Positions 12,149 to 23,445 of a stretch of DNA of 64,000 bases are shown here, one piece after another. The notes under the pieces were generated by a model, which had not been told where the DNA came from, made no database searches, and was given only the letters and a program-made list of their open reading frames with translations. This DNA is from Phaeosaccion multiseriatum (Eukaryota > Protista > Ochrophyta, other classes). The translations under genes and the position numbers were made by a program. Numbering within the stretch: position 1 is the stretch's first letter; each line of letters begins with the position of its first letter. The stretch lies in contig OZ218951.1 in NCBI GenBank assembly GCA_965112735.1, positions 4,588,001-4,652,000 on the forward strand, given 5' to 3'.

Positions 12149-13973
12149 CGATGAGAGACTCTGCAGCATGAGGAGCGAGACAAGCCAGCCACACCGACTC
12201 ATAACGAGCTTGTGCAAGGGTGTGCCAAAGTAGCTCTCCCCCGCCGGCCCGGCCCCTGCCCGTCTGCTAATGTCGTCTGTGGTCTCAATCTCCATCTCCA
12301 AAAGGAGATCCTCGGCGTTGAGCACTGCCACAAGGTGTTGGTTCTCGTCCACCACTGGGGCAGCCATGACCGAGGCGGCTCGGAGGTTGAAGGCGGACTC
12401 CTCCCAGCTATCTCCTGGTAGTGTAGTTGGGATTGAGTTGAGTGAATTGGTTTTGGTTCGTTGGTTGGGTGGTTCTTGGTTGGTTGGTTGGTTGGTTGGT
12501 GGTTGGTTCGGTTGTGGGTCTTACGGTTGATTGACTGCTGCATACCCCCGCTTCTCCTCCTCCTCCTCCTCCTCCTCCTCCTCCTCCTCCTCCTCCTCCT
12601 CCTCCTCCTCCTCCTCCTCCCATCTTCCCTCCTCCTCCTCCCCTCCCCGTCCCCTTCCCCTCACCTTCCCTCAACACCATCTCGGGCATGCACATAATGT
12701 CCTCAAGCGCCGTGAAGGCTGTGTTGGTCAGCAGTGCCGACATAGGGATGAATCCCTTCAACTCGCCCTTCTCTGTAAGGTACACTCGGTCATGTGCAGA
12801 GAGCCCCACTGCACTGGCACTGGACTCTGCCGCGAGCTTGCGGAGAAAGTCCACGGCCTCTCCGACGTTGTAACGCATGGGGATTTGCACAGTCTCCCCT
12901 TTGCCGTTTTTACCCACCCCGAAGGGCACTGCGCTCGGCTTGTCATTCTCATCCCAAACCGCCTCTCTGTGGGGGGGGGGGGGTGAGTGTGTGTGTATGT
13001 GTATGTGTGTGCACGCGTATGTTCAGTGGGCGTGTGTGTGTGTGTTGTTCACAGTAGAAAGGGGTGAAGGCGTGAGTGTGAGATGTGCGTTGGGAGTGTG
13101 ATGGTTGAAGTATGTGCCGTCGTTGGTTACTTGGTACACCAACGTTGCAAACTCTGCAAATGCCCTCATTCCGGTCCTCACCTGTACGAGATGATTCTTC
13201 TCTCTCCATCGCCCTGCTCCCCTTCCCTCTCCACCACCACCACTCCCCCGTCGCTCTCCCCTCCGCTTTCACCGCTCGAGCTCCGGAGGGGCATTCGTCT
13301 GCAAAAGGGCACCTTAAGCTTTCCGAGATGCACAAAGCCGCCCTATTATAGATGTTTTACAGCCGACAGAGAAATGGATCGCGTCAGGGGGGAGCAACCA
13401 CGGAAGCAAAGAAGGAGGAGTGAGGGAGGAGGAGGGGGGGGAGAATGTTGACATAGAGTGAACAAGGGACAACAACAAGCAAAATGGAATCGCATCCCTC
13501 TATTTCTCGTTCTGTCCTCCTCCTTCTCTCCCTCCTTCAACTCATCAAAAGGACCAACATTGACCTACCGGGCTTCCTCTCGGACTGCTCAGCGAAGCAT
13601 TTCCTACATGCGCAGCCTTGGTCTGACTTCCTCTCCGCTGCGTGAGAGGCATGCTGATCCCCACCTGAAGGCCTACCCTACCCTTTGTTTGCCTTGCGAT
13701 GCGATGGAGCCACCCTCTCCTTGCTGAGCTGCTGCTGCTGCTGATTCCGCCACTGCTTACTCTGCCGCTGCCGGTGGAATCGGTCCCTCGGCCAAAAGCA
13801 GCCCTTCTGAGGAGAGGAGATAGAGAGAAAGAGAAGGCTGGGAGGGCCTGATGAATATGATTGTGCGCTGAGCTTGAAGTACTGCTGCTGCTGTGGGTAC
13901 CTGAGACAAGAGAACAGCTCAGCAGGACCAAGAGAGGGAGGCAAAGGCGCAGATGACTTCTATGCTGCTGCAT
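10436..13973 (-). CDS. mgtE: MgtE-family Mg2+ transporter (CBS pair + MgtE membrane domain) with signal peptide and putative plastid transit peptide
   Basis: About 8 GT-AG exons. Motifs RCGWLVSLLMLQSLSS, FLTMLTGTAGNAGNQSSAMVIRGIATGEI, MDPVNFASPALATLTDVTG. Stop at 10436-10438. N-terminus LCLPLLVLLSCSLVSG followed by an S/R-rich stretch. Confidence 0.9.
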
Positions 13974-14153
13974 AGAGCACCCCCCGCGGGAAAGAGTTCA
14001 AGCGAGCAAGGGAAAAAGGAGGAACTTTAGGAGGGGATTTTTAGAGGAAAACATGGCGACGCTCGGAGCAACAACTGCCGCAGAGGCCGGGAAGCGCGCG
14101 AAACGCCTCGATTTTCGATTTCCCTCTACGAGGATTGACACACAATAGGAGTT

Positions 14154-16329
14154 ATGGGCGCGTGCTTGAGCACAGAGGATGACGGACTCGCGTCACTGGT
14201 GGCAAAGTCACCAGCGAAGAAGGCAAGGAAGACTGCCAAGGCAGGTGGAGTCCGAGGTCAAGAGCTGAACTTCGGGAAGGACCCTGCCCTCAACAAGGCG
14301 GACTACATTGTTCGAGGCAAGACTGAAGCTGGGACCGTAGTGGTGAAAGAACCCGGCTCCGTGAACGGGCAGCAGTTCCTCATTGAAGAGTGCGAGAACT
14401 GCGACATCTACGTGCTTGACCGCACTGCCGCCTTGTCGATTGACGATTGTACCAACTGTCGCATTGTGTGTGGGCCGTGCGAGTCGAGGTAAGATTATGG
14501 GACGATGCCAAGAAAGTAACTAAAGATTGCTTGGAGAATAGCATACATTCAGTCAACCTAAACCTACTCATGCCCCGTTCTCTCTCTCTCGCTCTCTCTC
14601 TCCCTCTCTCTCCCTCTCCCTCTCTCTCTCCCTCTCTCCCCCTCCCTTTCTCTCTCTCTCTCCGCAGTATCTTCGTCCGCAACTGCAAGGGCTGCGTGCT
14701 GGTCGTGTCAGCCCAGCAGTTCCGAACGAGGGACTGCACGGACTGTGACGTGCTCCTGCACTCCACCACTCAGCCCATCATCGAGTCCAGTAGCCAGATG
14801 CGCTTCGGCTGCTACACACTCTCGTACTTCAGGTATCACCTGTAGGTAGCAGTAAGAGGAGTACGAAGAAGACGAAATTGGCTCCACGAGCACCCTGACT
14901 GACGAGTCGAAATGTAGAGGAAGGACCGAAGGAAGGACAATTGGGTAAATGATCTGTTTGTTTCCAACATTCTTTGCTCCTCTCTTCCCATCCCATTCGC
15001 GCTGGTGCTGTGCTACTGCTACTGCTACTATTACTGCTACTGCCACCGCCACTGCTACTGCATTGCTCCTGCTTCTACTTCTGCTGTATCACCAACTGTG
15101 GCTGCACCGCACAGTCTTGCCTCACAGATGGCCGATGCGGGGCTGTCGGTGTGGAACAACTGCTGGAGCGCGGTATACAACTTTACCGGCGGGGAGGAGG
15201 ACTGGTCCAGGCACAGCGGCGGCATCAGCCACACCACGCTCATCACGGTAAGGGCAGTCGCCATATTGAGCCCCTCCTCGCCCTTGGTTTCAGTTTCAGA
15301 TTCTTGACCCCAGTTGGTGTCAACCATTGGGATCGGTACACTATGGCACGCTCTCCTCCCTCTCGACTCTTCCATCACCATGTCTACCGGTCTTTCTCGC
15401 AAACACACATACGTAATTCTCAGGTTGATTCCTAGAAGTCAAAACCTTTATCTTGCTCGGATGTGTCACGGTGTCACGGTACCACCTCACAGACAATGTG
15501 TCTGTCGAGGAAGCCTAACAGTAGTCGTAACGCCCCCCCCCCCTCCCTGCACTTCCTTCCCCCCTCTGTCGAGCAGACTCCCTTAGACGCCGCTGTGGCT
15601 CAGCGAGTGGGGTACTCTGTGGAGCCCAAGGACAGAGTGGTGCCTCTCACTAAGGGGAGAGCGAAGGGCAGCAGCGGCACTGGCGCGGGCAGTGACGTTA
15701 ACAACGCCAGCACCGCTAGCAACTCTCCCACAGCAGCAGGAGCGACAACAGCAGCAGCAGCAGCATCAGTAGTTGGTGATACAGCAGCTGGTGATACTGC
15801 TACAACAGTTGGTGATATTGCAGCCCTAGCAGCACCAGGGGGGGGAGAGGCCGTGTGCTTCGTACTGGTGATGCCGCAACACGTGCACAGAGTGCTTGGC
15901 GTGGAGCAAGTCTTCGCCGCGGGAGGAGGAGGAGGAGGAGGAGGAGGAGTCAACATGAACAAGGTGTCTCTCATCCGCACCAAGCTTCTTGCGTTGGACC
16001 CTGTCCAGGCCGACGAGCTCTTTGCGGGCTGTGCAGTGAAGGACGCGCCGGGTCTCAAGGCCGCTGCCTGCCCTCCTGTAAGTGCTGCACAGAAGAAGAA
16101 GGAGAAGGGGGGGGTTGTGGGTATTGAGGGTCAGGCCCCAGTCGCTGTGCTAGGCATGGAGTGGAGAGGTCCAGGGGCCATTGAGAGCGTCAAGCAGGCA
16201 TTGGCAGCCGTCATGCCGAGCGGAGACGAAGGAGTAGGGGGGGGGGGCGCGTCTTTCTTTATTGTGCCGGCGGAGAGAGCCGAGGGCCTTGTTGCTTCCT
16301 TCTACGACGTGTGGAAAAGTGAGATCTAG
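14154..16329 (+). CDS. RP2: RP2/XRP2-like protein (TBCC beta-helix, Arl3-GAP family) with N-terminal MGxC acylation motif
   Basis: Exons 14154-14488, 14668-14832, 15115-15247, 15577-16329. Motifs GSVNGQQFLIEECENCDIY, SIDDCTNCRIVCGPCESSIFVRNC, QQFRTRDC, TQPIIESS, WNNCWSAVYNFT. Confidence 0.9.
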
Positions 16330-16910
16330 TCAGCAGCCAATCAGCTCCGCCGGCTGGTAAGTGCCGCTCGCTCAGTTGATATGATAAGTTGGGGTAGACA
16401 GTAGATGTGAGGATGTTTGGCTTTGCCCGGCCGGCGCCTCGGGAGGCCAAACTCGATCGCTCTGCGTCGTATTGTGTTGGTTGCGTGTCGGGCCTACTCC
16501 TCGGGGAGTGTGGCTCTCTTCTGTGCCTACTCTTCTGGGGGGAGTTGATTTGTGACGACAACGGCGCCCTTCCCCCGCGGCCTTGCTTGAGACGCCTTAA
16601 CGACGCGCACAGCTTGGCGGCCTGAGATGCACGGATGCTTCGTTACATGCGCGGATAGTAGCACGGCCTTGAGAATTTATTGCTTTTAGTATTAAAATTT
16701 GCTTTGCCATGCATAGATATACAGCGTTGATGGCCGCCGTGATCGAAAGATGAAGCACCAATGCGTGCAGTTCCCCTCCCCGACACTCTCTTCAACACAC
16801 ACACACACACACACACTTTCACACTTTCAGTTTCTTAGGTGATTCCTATAGTCAATAAAGTTCTCTCTTTAAAGTGGCGCTCCAGAGGGCCTGGCCGAGT
16901 CGGAGGGATA

Positions 16911-17552
16911 CAACGGGGGGGGTGAAGTCCCCAGGGGGCGGGTGGGACGTTACGTTTAGCTCGGCTAACCATATAGCAAAGGGTTTCTCGTTCCTCTTTC
17001 GCGGTTGGCTGTGGGTCTTCACGGTCCATCTACGCGCGGGAGATTACTAGGCATAGGACGCTCGCCGGCATTCACTGGGTCCCTTTCACTCGGAGGAGAT
17101 GGACGCGCAGTAGGCAGCACAGATGGCACCAAAAGGGTCTTTTGAACCTCTGTCTCCAGCTGGCGCCAACAAGCAAGGCCAGCCAGATTCAGCAGATTCA
17201 GCAGATTCCCTTTCCCACCAGTCTCCTGGCTGCACCTGTTGCTCCGGCAGGGCACTCTGTCGACGTTGTACTGTTTCGCTGCCGCTCTGATGCCTGGCTG
17301 CTTTTCCGACGCACACAGCGGCCCTCGCCTTGTCCATGTTTTGCTTCCATGAGATCAGACCCCTCAATATCATAGTTCCTACACGTCCCTCGCTCCTCCG
17401 CTCTGACGGTGGATAGCTACGCTGGCCGTTGAAGGGACTATAGAGTCTTCTAAAGCGCTCTCCGCAGCGCCTTTGCCAGTGGTCTCCCTCTCTCGTCCCT
17501 GCTTCCATGCCCTCAAGTTGATCCTCGTCCCCGCCCGCCCCCCGGCCCGTTG
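16911..17552 (-). pseudogene. Decayed pogo/Tigger-like DNA transposon remnant (psq-type HTH)
   Basis: Frameshifted pieces at ~17352-17128 read SWKQNMDKARAAVCVGK / GIRAAAKQYNVDR / SAL ... GWPCLLAP / QLETEVQKTLL. Imperfect inverted termini at 16911-16948 and 17527-17552; TA on the left flank. Confidence 0.5.
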
Positions 17553-17637
17553 CGTGTTTCCTCGACGTCCACCTCCTTTGGTGCGGTGCAAGAACAAGCA
17601 AAAGGTAACAGCCTTTTCCACGCTGCTACGGATGCCT

Positions 17638-17693
<56 letters not shown>

Positions 17694-18155
17694 TCTGGCT
17701 GCTGGCTGCTTCTGCTTCTACCCTCTCTGCCTACTTTGAGTCTCTTGAATAGCCGCCCATAGTTACAGACGTCACCAGACGTGGCTGACCTCGGTGATAG
17801 CAGGAGGGGGGAGCGGAGCGGAGCAAAGACAAGTGCGCTTCTCACATAGGGGGAGAGGGGAGTGCAGCGGCTGCTGCAGCAGCTGTCCCTTCCGGAGAGC
17901 CGCGAGCGAGGGCTTAAAAGGTTCCATTCAAAAAACAGGGAAAAAAGGGGGCCCAAAAAAATAAAAATAAAAACTCCCCTTTTCTTTCCCTTTTCCTTCC
18001 TTTACTTCTTTACTTCGGCTCCGCCTCTTTCTGCGGGCCCGAGAAAAAGCTCCCCGAGAAATTTTAGAGCTTTAGGATGGTGCCATGGATATGCCACACC
18101 TCCTTCACAACCAAGCAAGCAGCGACAGCAGTAGGAGGAGCAAAAGAAAACCAAC

Positions 18156-20356
18156 ATGAAGATCTTCGCTGCGGCCATTCTCGTGGGATTGCCACTTCTC
18201 GCCCAGGCCACCTTCAAGAAGAACGGAGGAGATGGCCTCCCTCCTAAGGTTGAGGGCGATGATCGACGCGCTCGCTCTCTCCAAGCCTCGGAAGGTCCTT
18301 ACTGCTCAAGCAAGTGCTCCTCTTCCAAGCCGTGCTATACGGATCCCGGTTGCTTGACCGGCGAAGCGTCTCTCGGGTGCAATGCTACCGGAGCTGGCCA
18401 GTCATGCAGATGTAAGTTTGGCTGTGGGGTCGTTCCCCGGCCCGGGCCGAGCGATCGCCCTCGCTCCGCCCGCCCTCCACTGCCTCCGCCCTGCCTGCCT
18501 GCTCGCTCTATCAAAGCTGCTGGCGGACTACTAGTATGTGTTGTGTGTGTGTGCTAACTGGCTGCTGCTGCTGTTGTCTCCGCCGTCCCTTCTCCCCCTG
18601 CCTCCCGCCCCCACCAACAAACACAGTCTGCGAGTTTGGCGAGTTCGCCGACATCGTCTGCGAAACCGGCAGTGCCACAGCCGCTCCTACCACTGCGGGC
18701 ACCACTGAGGAGGACACCGCCACTGTCGGCCCTACCGCTGCCCCCACCACCGCAGCCCCCACCCCACAGCATGCGTGGAGCTCCTACTATGGATACTGCG
18801 ATCCTTCCTGCACTCTTGACAACCCGTGCTTCGACGACACGGCCTGTGCCAGGGTGGATCTCGGCTGGGGGCGGGAAGGTTTTGTTCCGAACGCGAATGT
18901 CGCTGGGGGCGACGTCGCTGGCTGTGGAGAGTTCGCCGACTACTCGTGCAGATGTGAGTGACGACCACACGTTCCCACACCCCTCTATACATTGACTGCT
19001 GATGATTGGTACATCGCATACCCCTACCTTCCACCCGGACCCCCGCCATCCTGCCTGCTTACACCCTTTCACTATGGTTGCTGCTGGTTGTGTGCTTTGG
19101 CTGCTCCTTTGCCTGTTGCGCCCTCCCCTCCTTACGACCACACAACACTAACATGAAACAAACAGCCTGCGCCGCGGGGTCCGGCATTGATTGCGGATGC
19201 AACGGGGCGGTGAAGGACAAGGTTGCCGAGATCAACGCCGGCGGGCCCGACGGGTACAGGGCCGCCATAGCGGAGCGATTTGAATATGTTGACCATGTCA
19301 ACTTTTTTGATTGGAGGTTCACAACTCCTGAGGTGAGCGAGGGAGGGAGGACAGTGAACGGGCGGGCCATCGTAATCCACAGCCACGGCCGTCCTGAAGC
19401 AAGACCAGCAGTCAAGGAGTGATTGATTTGATTGACTGCTAAGCCAAGGCGAGGCCGATGCACGCCCATGACCCCTCTCCCCTCTTGCTTGATTCGTTCC
19501 CCTCCTCCCAACAAACACCCCACCACCACACACAGGACACGGGGACAGGGCGAAACCTCGAGGAGCTCGAGGAGAGATGCAAGACGGACCCCAACGCTGT
19601 CGTCAACGTCTTTGCGTGGTCCTCGACACCCTCGTGGTCTCCCCTTTACGAACCCAACGCAGCCACCGGCAGCGCGGAGGCCTTGTGCATGAAGGGAGTG
19701 TACGCGAAAGCGAACAACGAAAGCTTTCCTGGGGTGGGAATGATGGAAATTTGGTATGAAGACCCTGCCGGTGTCGATGTGAACAGCCAGGTAGGTTTGT
19801 GGTACAGCCAGAAGCAGAGCTGCTAGCGTACTGTGCACGCGGCCAAGTCTATCGCCAACATTAAAGGGTTAGAACAGTGCCTCCTCATCTCCACCTCCGT
19901 CTCTCACCCCGACCCCGCCCCGCCCCTGCCTTCTCTCCTTTCCATGACGTAATCTACTCGCTCGGGCGGTAGTGCAACGTTATGACTGTAACTTGTGACG
20001 ACCTGCGTTGGCCCGACTTTGACTGGGCCTTGGAGGCCGGTGACACCGTCCCCGGACGCATCACACAGGAGTACTCGACCGGCCTCTGGTTGAATTATCC
20101 CCTCAACTGGTTCTATGAGTCTGGCTTCCCCAACCTCAGGAGGTCCGGCTTGAACATCGATGGGTCCTCAATCATCAGGAAGGGGACGTGTTTCTTGGCC
20201 GATGGGAGGAAGGTGGCCTTCGATATCACGCCTGACGGCTGTGACGTCGATTATCAGTTTTATTTTGAGGGCAGGGGCTCCCGATTCGATCCCGAGAACC
20301 CTCTGTGCATTCCGGGCTCCGATGCGGAATTACCCTCCAGCGTCAAATTTGTCTGA
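18156..20356 (+). CDS. Secreted Cys-rich protein with two Cys-repeat modules, a Thr/Ala/Pro linker and an unassigned C-terminal domain
   Basis: Signal peptide MKIFAAAILVGLPLLAQA. Five GT-AG exons join in frame (introns ~18412-18626, ~18954-19165, 19333-19534, 19791-19972). Confidence 0.8.
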
Positions 20357-21167
20357 GCACGCCCCCACAGGCAGGCATACGGGCGGGCAGGCATATGGGC
20401 AGGCAAGCAGGCAGGCAGAGCTGGGAATGCAGTTGGTGATACAGACAGTCGGTCGCATGCGTCCCCTACATAGCAGCTGAGCAAGAGACGCGATTTAGGA
20501 CAGGATAGAAGAAGCCCTGCCTCTTACGAACACATTGCCACCTTTAGAAGTCGGAGTAAGTTAATTATTTGATATTATTATGTACGCGACCCTCGTTTTC
20601 CCCCCTCCTCTTCCCCTCCCTCCTGGAGCGCTTCAGCGCTCTGCCCGCTCGAGACTTGGCACCCGCCGAGACTAGTGCCACGTCGTTGTTCTCCTCTTGC
20701 CCTCTTTCTCCTTCGTCTGATTGTTTGGCCTCTCCTTCGTCCACCGGTACGCCTGTTCCCTCCTCCTCTCGCTCGACCCCTGACACGCTATCGCCCACTT
20801 TCTCGATAGCGCGCTATCGGTCCCGGGGACCGATAGCGGATAGCGTGGGTCGACACTCCTCTGCATCGCCTCCAGCGCCGACCGACTGTCTTCGCCTCCC
20901 TCTTTGCTCATGACGCTCCAGGCCCATCGTCCACTCGCAGCCATCATCTTGTCCGGCCATTGCAATGGGGGCAACGCTGTAGCCAGAACAGCAGCGGCAG
21001 CAGAGGCCATGGCTGAGCAGGCGGTGCAGGAGAGGTTTGAAATCTGGGGAAGATATTACTTTTAGTACCTTCGTATGTACGTCACGTAAGGGAATTGGGT
21101 GTCTGTCCGCTGGGGAAATGCCCCCCCCCTCGCCCCCCCCCCCTTTTTCCACTTTCCAGAGGTGCGT

Positions 21168-21394
21168 TCGGCCCTGGACAAGGTTACAGTGTGCCTAATC
21201 AGTAATCAGGCCGGCTGGCGCCAATAATCAGTAATCAGGCCGGCTGGTGCCGGTCATAATCAGTAATCAGACCCGGCTGGGCACTGGCGCCGGCCATAAT
21301 CAGTAATCAGGCCCGGCTGGCGCCAGCCATAATCAGTAATCAGGCCGGCTGCGCCGGCCGGAATCAGTAATCAGATATCCTTGTCCAGGGCCGA
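21168..21394. mobile_element. 227-bp MITE-like element with 16-bp perfect TIRs, 6-bp TSD and six internal TAATCAGTAATCAG units
   Basis: TCGGCCCTGGACAAGG (21168-21183) and CCTTGTCCAGGGCCGA (21379-21394); GTGCGT at 21162-21167 and 21395-21400. Confidence 0.9.
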
Positions 21395-22345
21395 GTGCGT
21401 GTGCTTTCTGCTCAGCGTCCAGAGTAGCCATAGGCAAGGGAGGCACAATAAAGCCATCAGAACCTCAAACAACCTGTATCCTTCAGAGCGAGTTAGCGGC
21501 GAAACCGATTAGCTGCCTTTCGGCTTCATGCCGGGCGGGTGGGGAAACTTTTGCTGTCGCTGCCAGTCCCTTCCGCGCGGTGAACTGCTGGGCTCGGCCC
21601 CTGACATGCTCCTGAGACAGGCCAGCCCAGAAAGAAGAAGGAGGATGGCGCCGGCGGCCAGAAGCAGGAAGCAGCCTTGGCCCTCATCATTGCCTTATTA
21701 CATGCATGCTTTCCCCCAGAAGCAGGAAGCAGGGTCGCCTCATCAAAAGCATGTCAGGGGCCGACTGGGCTGCCTGCCCCCTTTGCTGTCGTCCTCCTCA
21801 CCGCGCTGAGCACTTTGGCACTTGCTACAACTCTTGCGACGCCGTACTCGCGTCGCCTCCTCTTTCACAGTAGTGATTGCTAAGCACGGGCTCCTTGTAC
21901 CCCTGTTGGGTGAGCATCGTGCGTGTGCTACGTAAGCCCAGGACACATGAAAAAAAAAAAAAGTATATAAGTTCCCCCTCCACATCCTGCACTCGCCATT
22001 TGTGATTTCCTCCTGCTTTCTGATCCTGATCTACTGTACTTTCCCCTCCTCCCTATCCCCCTCCGCGCTCCCTCGCCTCCCCCTTTCACCTTCCTCTCCT
22101 CCACTCTCCCTTCTTCTCCCACTTCTTGCCAACCCCAGCCCTCTTCTCTCCTCCTTTTTCTCCCAGCTGAGGGCGGAGCCCAACCGCCGGCCATTTTTTT
22201 TCTTTTCCCTCCCCTTCTTTTCTTCTTTTATATTTCTCCTTCTCTAACTGACTGGCACTGACTCACTGGCTAGCTGACTGAATGGCGGACGGATTGCCGT
22301 AGGGGGAAAGGATTTAGAGGTTGAACGGCTTCGCCTCCCAACAAA

Positions 22346-23445
22346 ATGCTCTCAAGACTCGCCAGCACGAGGACGGCCCTTCACCTGCGAAGAAGCCTTC
22401 CCCTGAACAGCAGCAGCAGGATATGCTTTTTACCCGGTAAGGGGATGCAACTGTCACGGGCTTCTGGACTGGCTCAGCGGCAGGGGCACCAGCAACTACT
22501 TCAGCAGCAGCGACGCTACAAGTACACCTTTGGAACGGGCGGGGGGCGAGGGGGGGGGTGGGGAGGAGGCGGGGGCTCGGACGAGGACGTCCTTTATGGG
22601 ATTATCATTGTGAGTTTCAAAGTCCCCAATTCCACGACAACTTCCTCTCCTCTCGCCTTCTCAAACCGCTGCTGCTGCCTGCTCTTTGCTGTACACAGGC
22701 CAATGTTTCGTTGTGCCTGTTGTGGATGTCGGGCGATGCCATTACCCAACAGTCTCTGGTCCAGAACACTGTGGTATGTTTGTTGGGGGGGGGGGGGTGC
22801 CTTCACCTTGTTCCCTCTGTATCTTACACACAAACGATGCTCTTTGCCCATTTCTCAGGTGACGACGAAGGCTATCTTCCAAGACTTTCGAATTCAGAAC
22901 CTCTTCCTGGCTAACTTCAGGTCTGCCCTCGCCTTCCCTTCTCCCTTTGTCTCTCACGTGGTGGCCTTCTGCGCACCGCTAATTCTGTCGCCCTCTTGCT
23001 GTCTCCATTCCACAGTGATACGCAGCCTCTTTCCTGTGCCATCAACTCCTTTATCCTCTACAGCTTTGGGGGAACTGTCATTGGCTTTCTGGGGCGACAG
23101 CGTTTTCTCCAGCTCTACGTGACCGGTGGGGCATTTGGGCATCTGTGCCAAGCCGCTTACCCGCTTACGCCCTGGGGACGAGGGACGCCAGACTACCCCA
23201 CCTCGGGCTCTGGTGCCCCTCTAGATACCATCATTTCGTGGTACATTTTCTCCTTCCCTCGCCAGAGTATCATGCTGTATGGCGTCTTTCCACTGCCGGC
23301 GGCTGTCCTCGGAGCCCTCTGGTTTGGCAAGGATGTGTACGCCCTGCACACCAATGAGGGAGAGAGTGGCACAGCGATTCGTTCGCTGGGGAGCGCCTTT
23401 ATCGGCGCAGCCGCTGCTATCGCTTCCCGGGGACGCTTCAGATAA
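22346..23445 (+). CDS. Mitochondrial rhomboid (PARL/Pcp1-like), probably catalytically inactive
   Basis: Exons 22346-22609, 22699-22773, 22859-22920, 23016-23445. R/S/L-rich presequence. Motifs VLYGIIIANV, INSFILYSFG..V...LG...FLQLYVTGG, FP...IMLYGVFPLPA. Confidence 0.8.

Noticed and set aside
10436-13973. MgtE as a recent bacterial transfer or contamination
   Set aside because: It has multiple spliceosomal introns and a eukaryotic presequence; MgtE-type genes are already known in algae.
16915-17100. RNase MRP/P RNA suggested by GAAGTCCCCAGG
   Set aside because: No GARAR P8 loop and no matching 3' P4 strand; better explained as a transposon end.
21196-21374. CRISPR array
   Set aside because: Repeats are only 14 bp, the spacers are variants of one another, the array is enclosed by TIRs and a TSD, there are no cas genes, and the context is eukaryotic.
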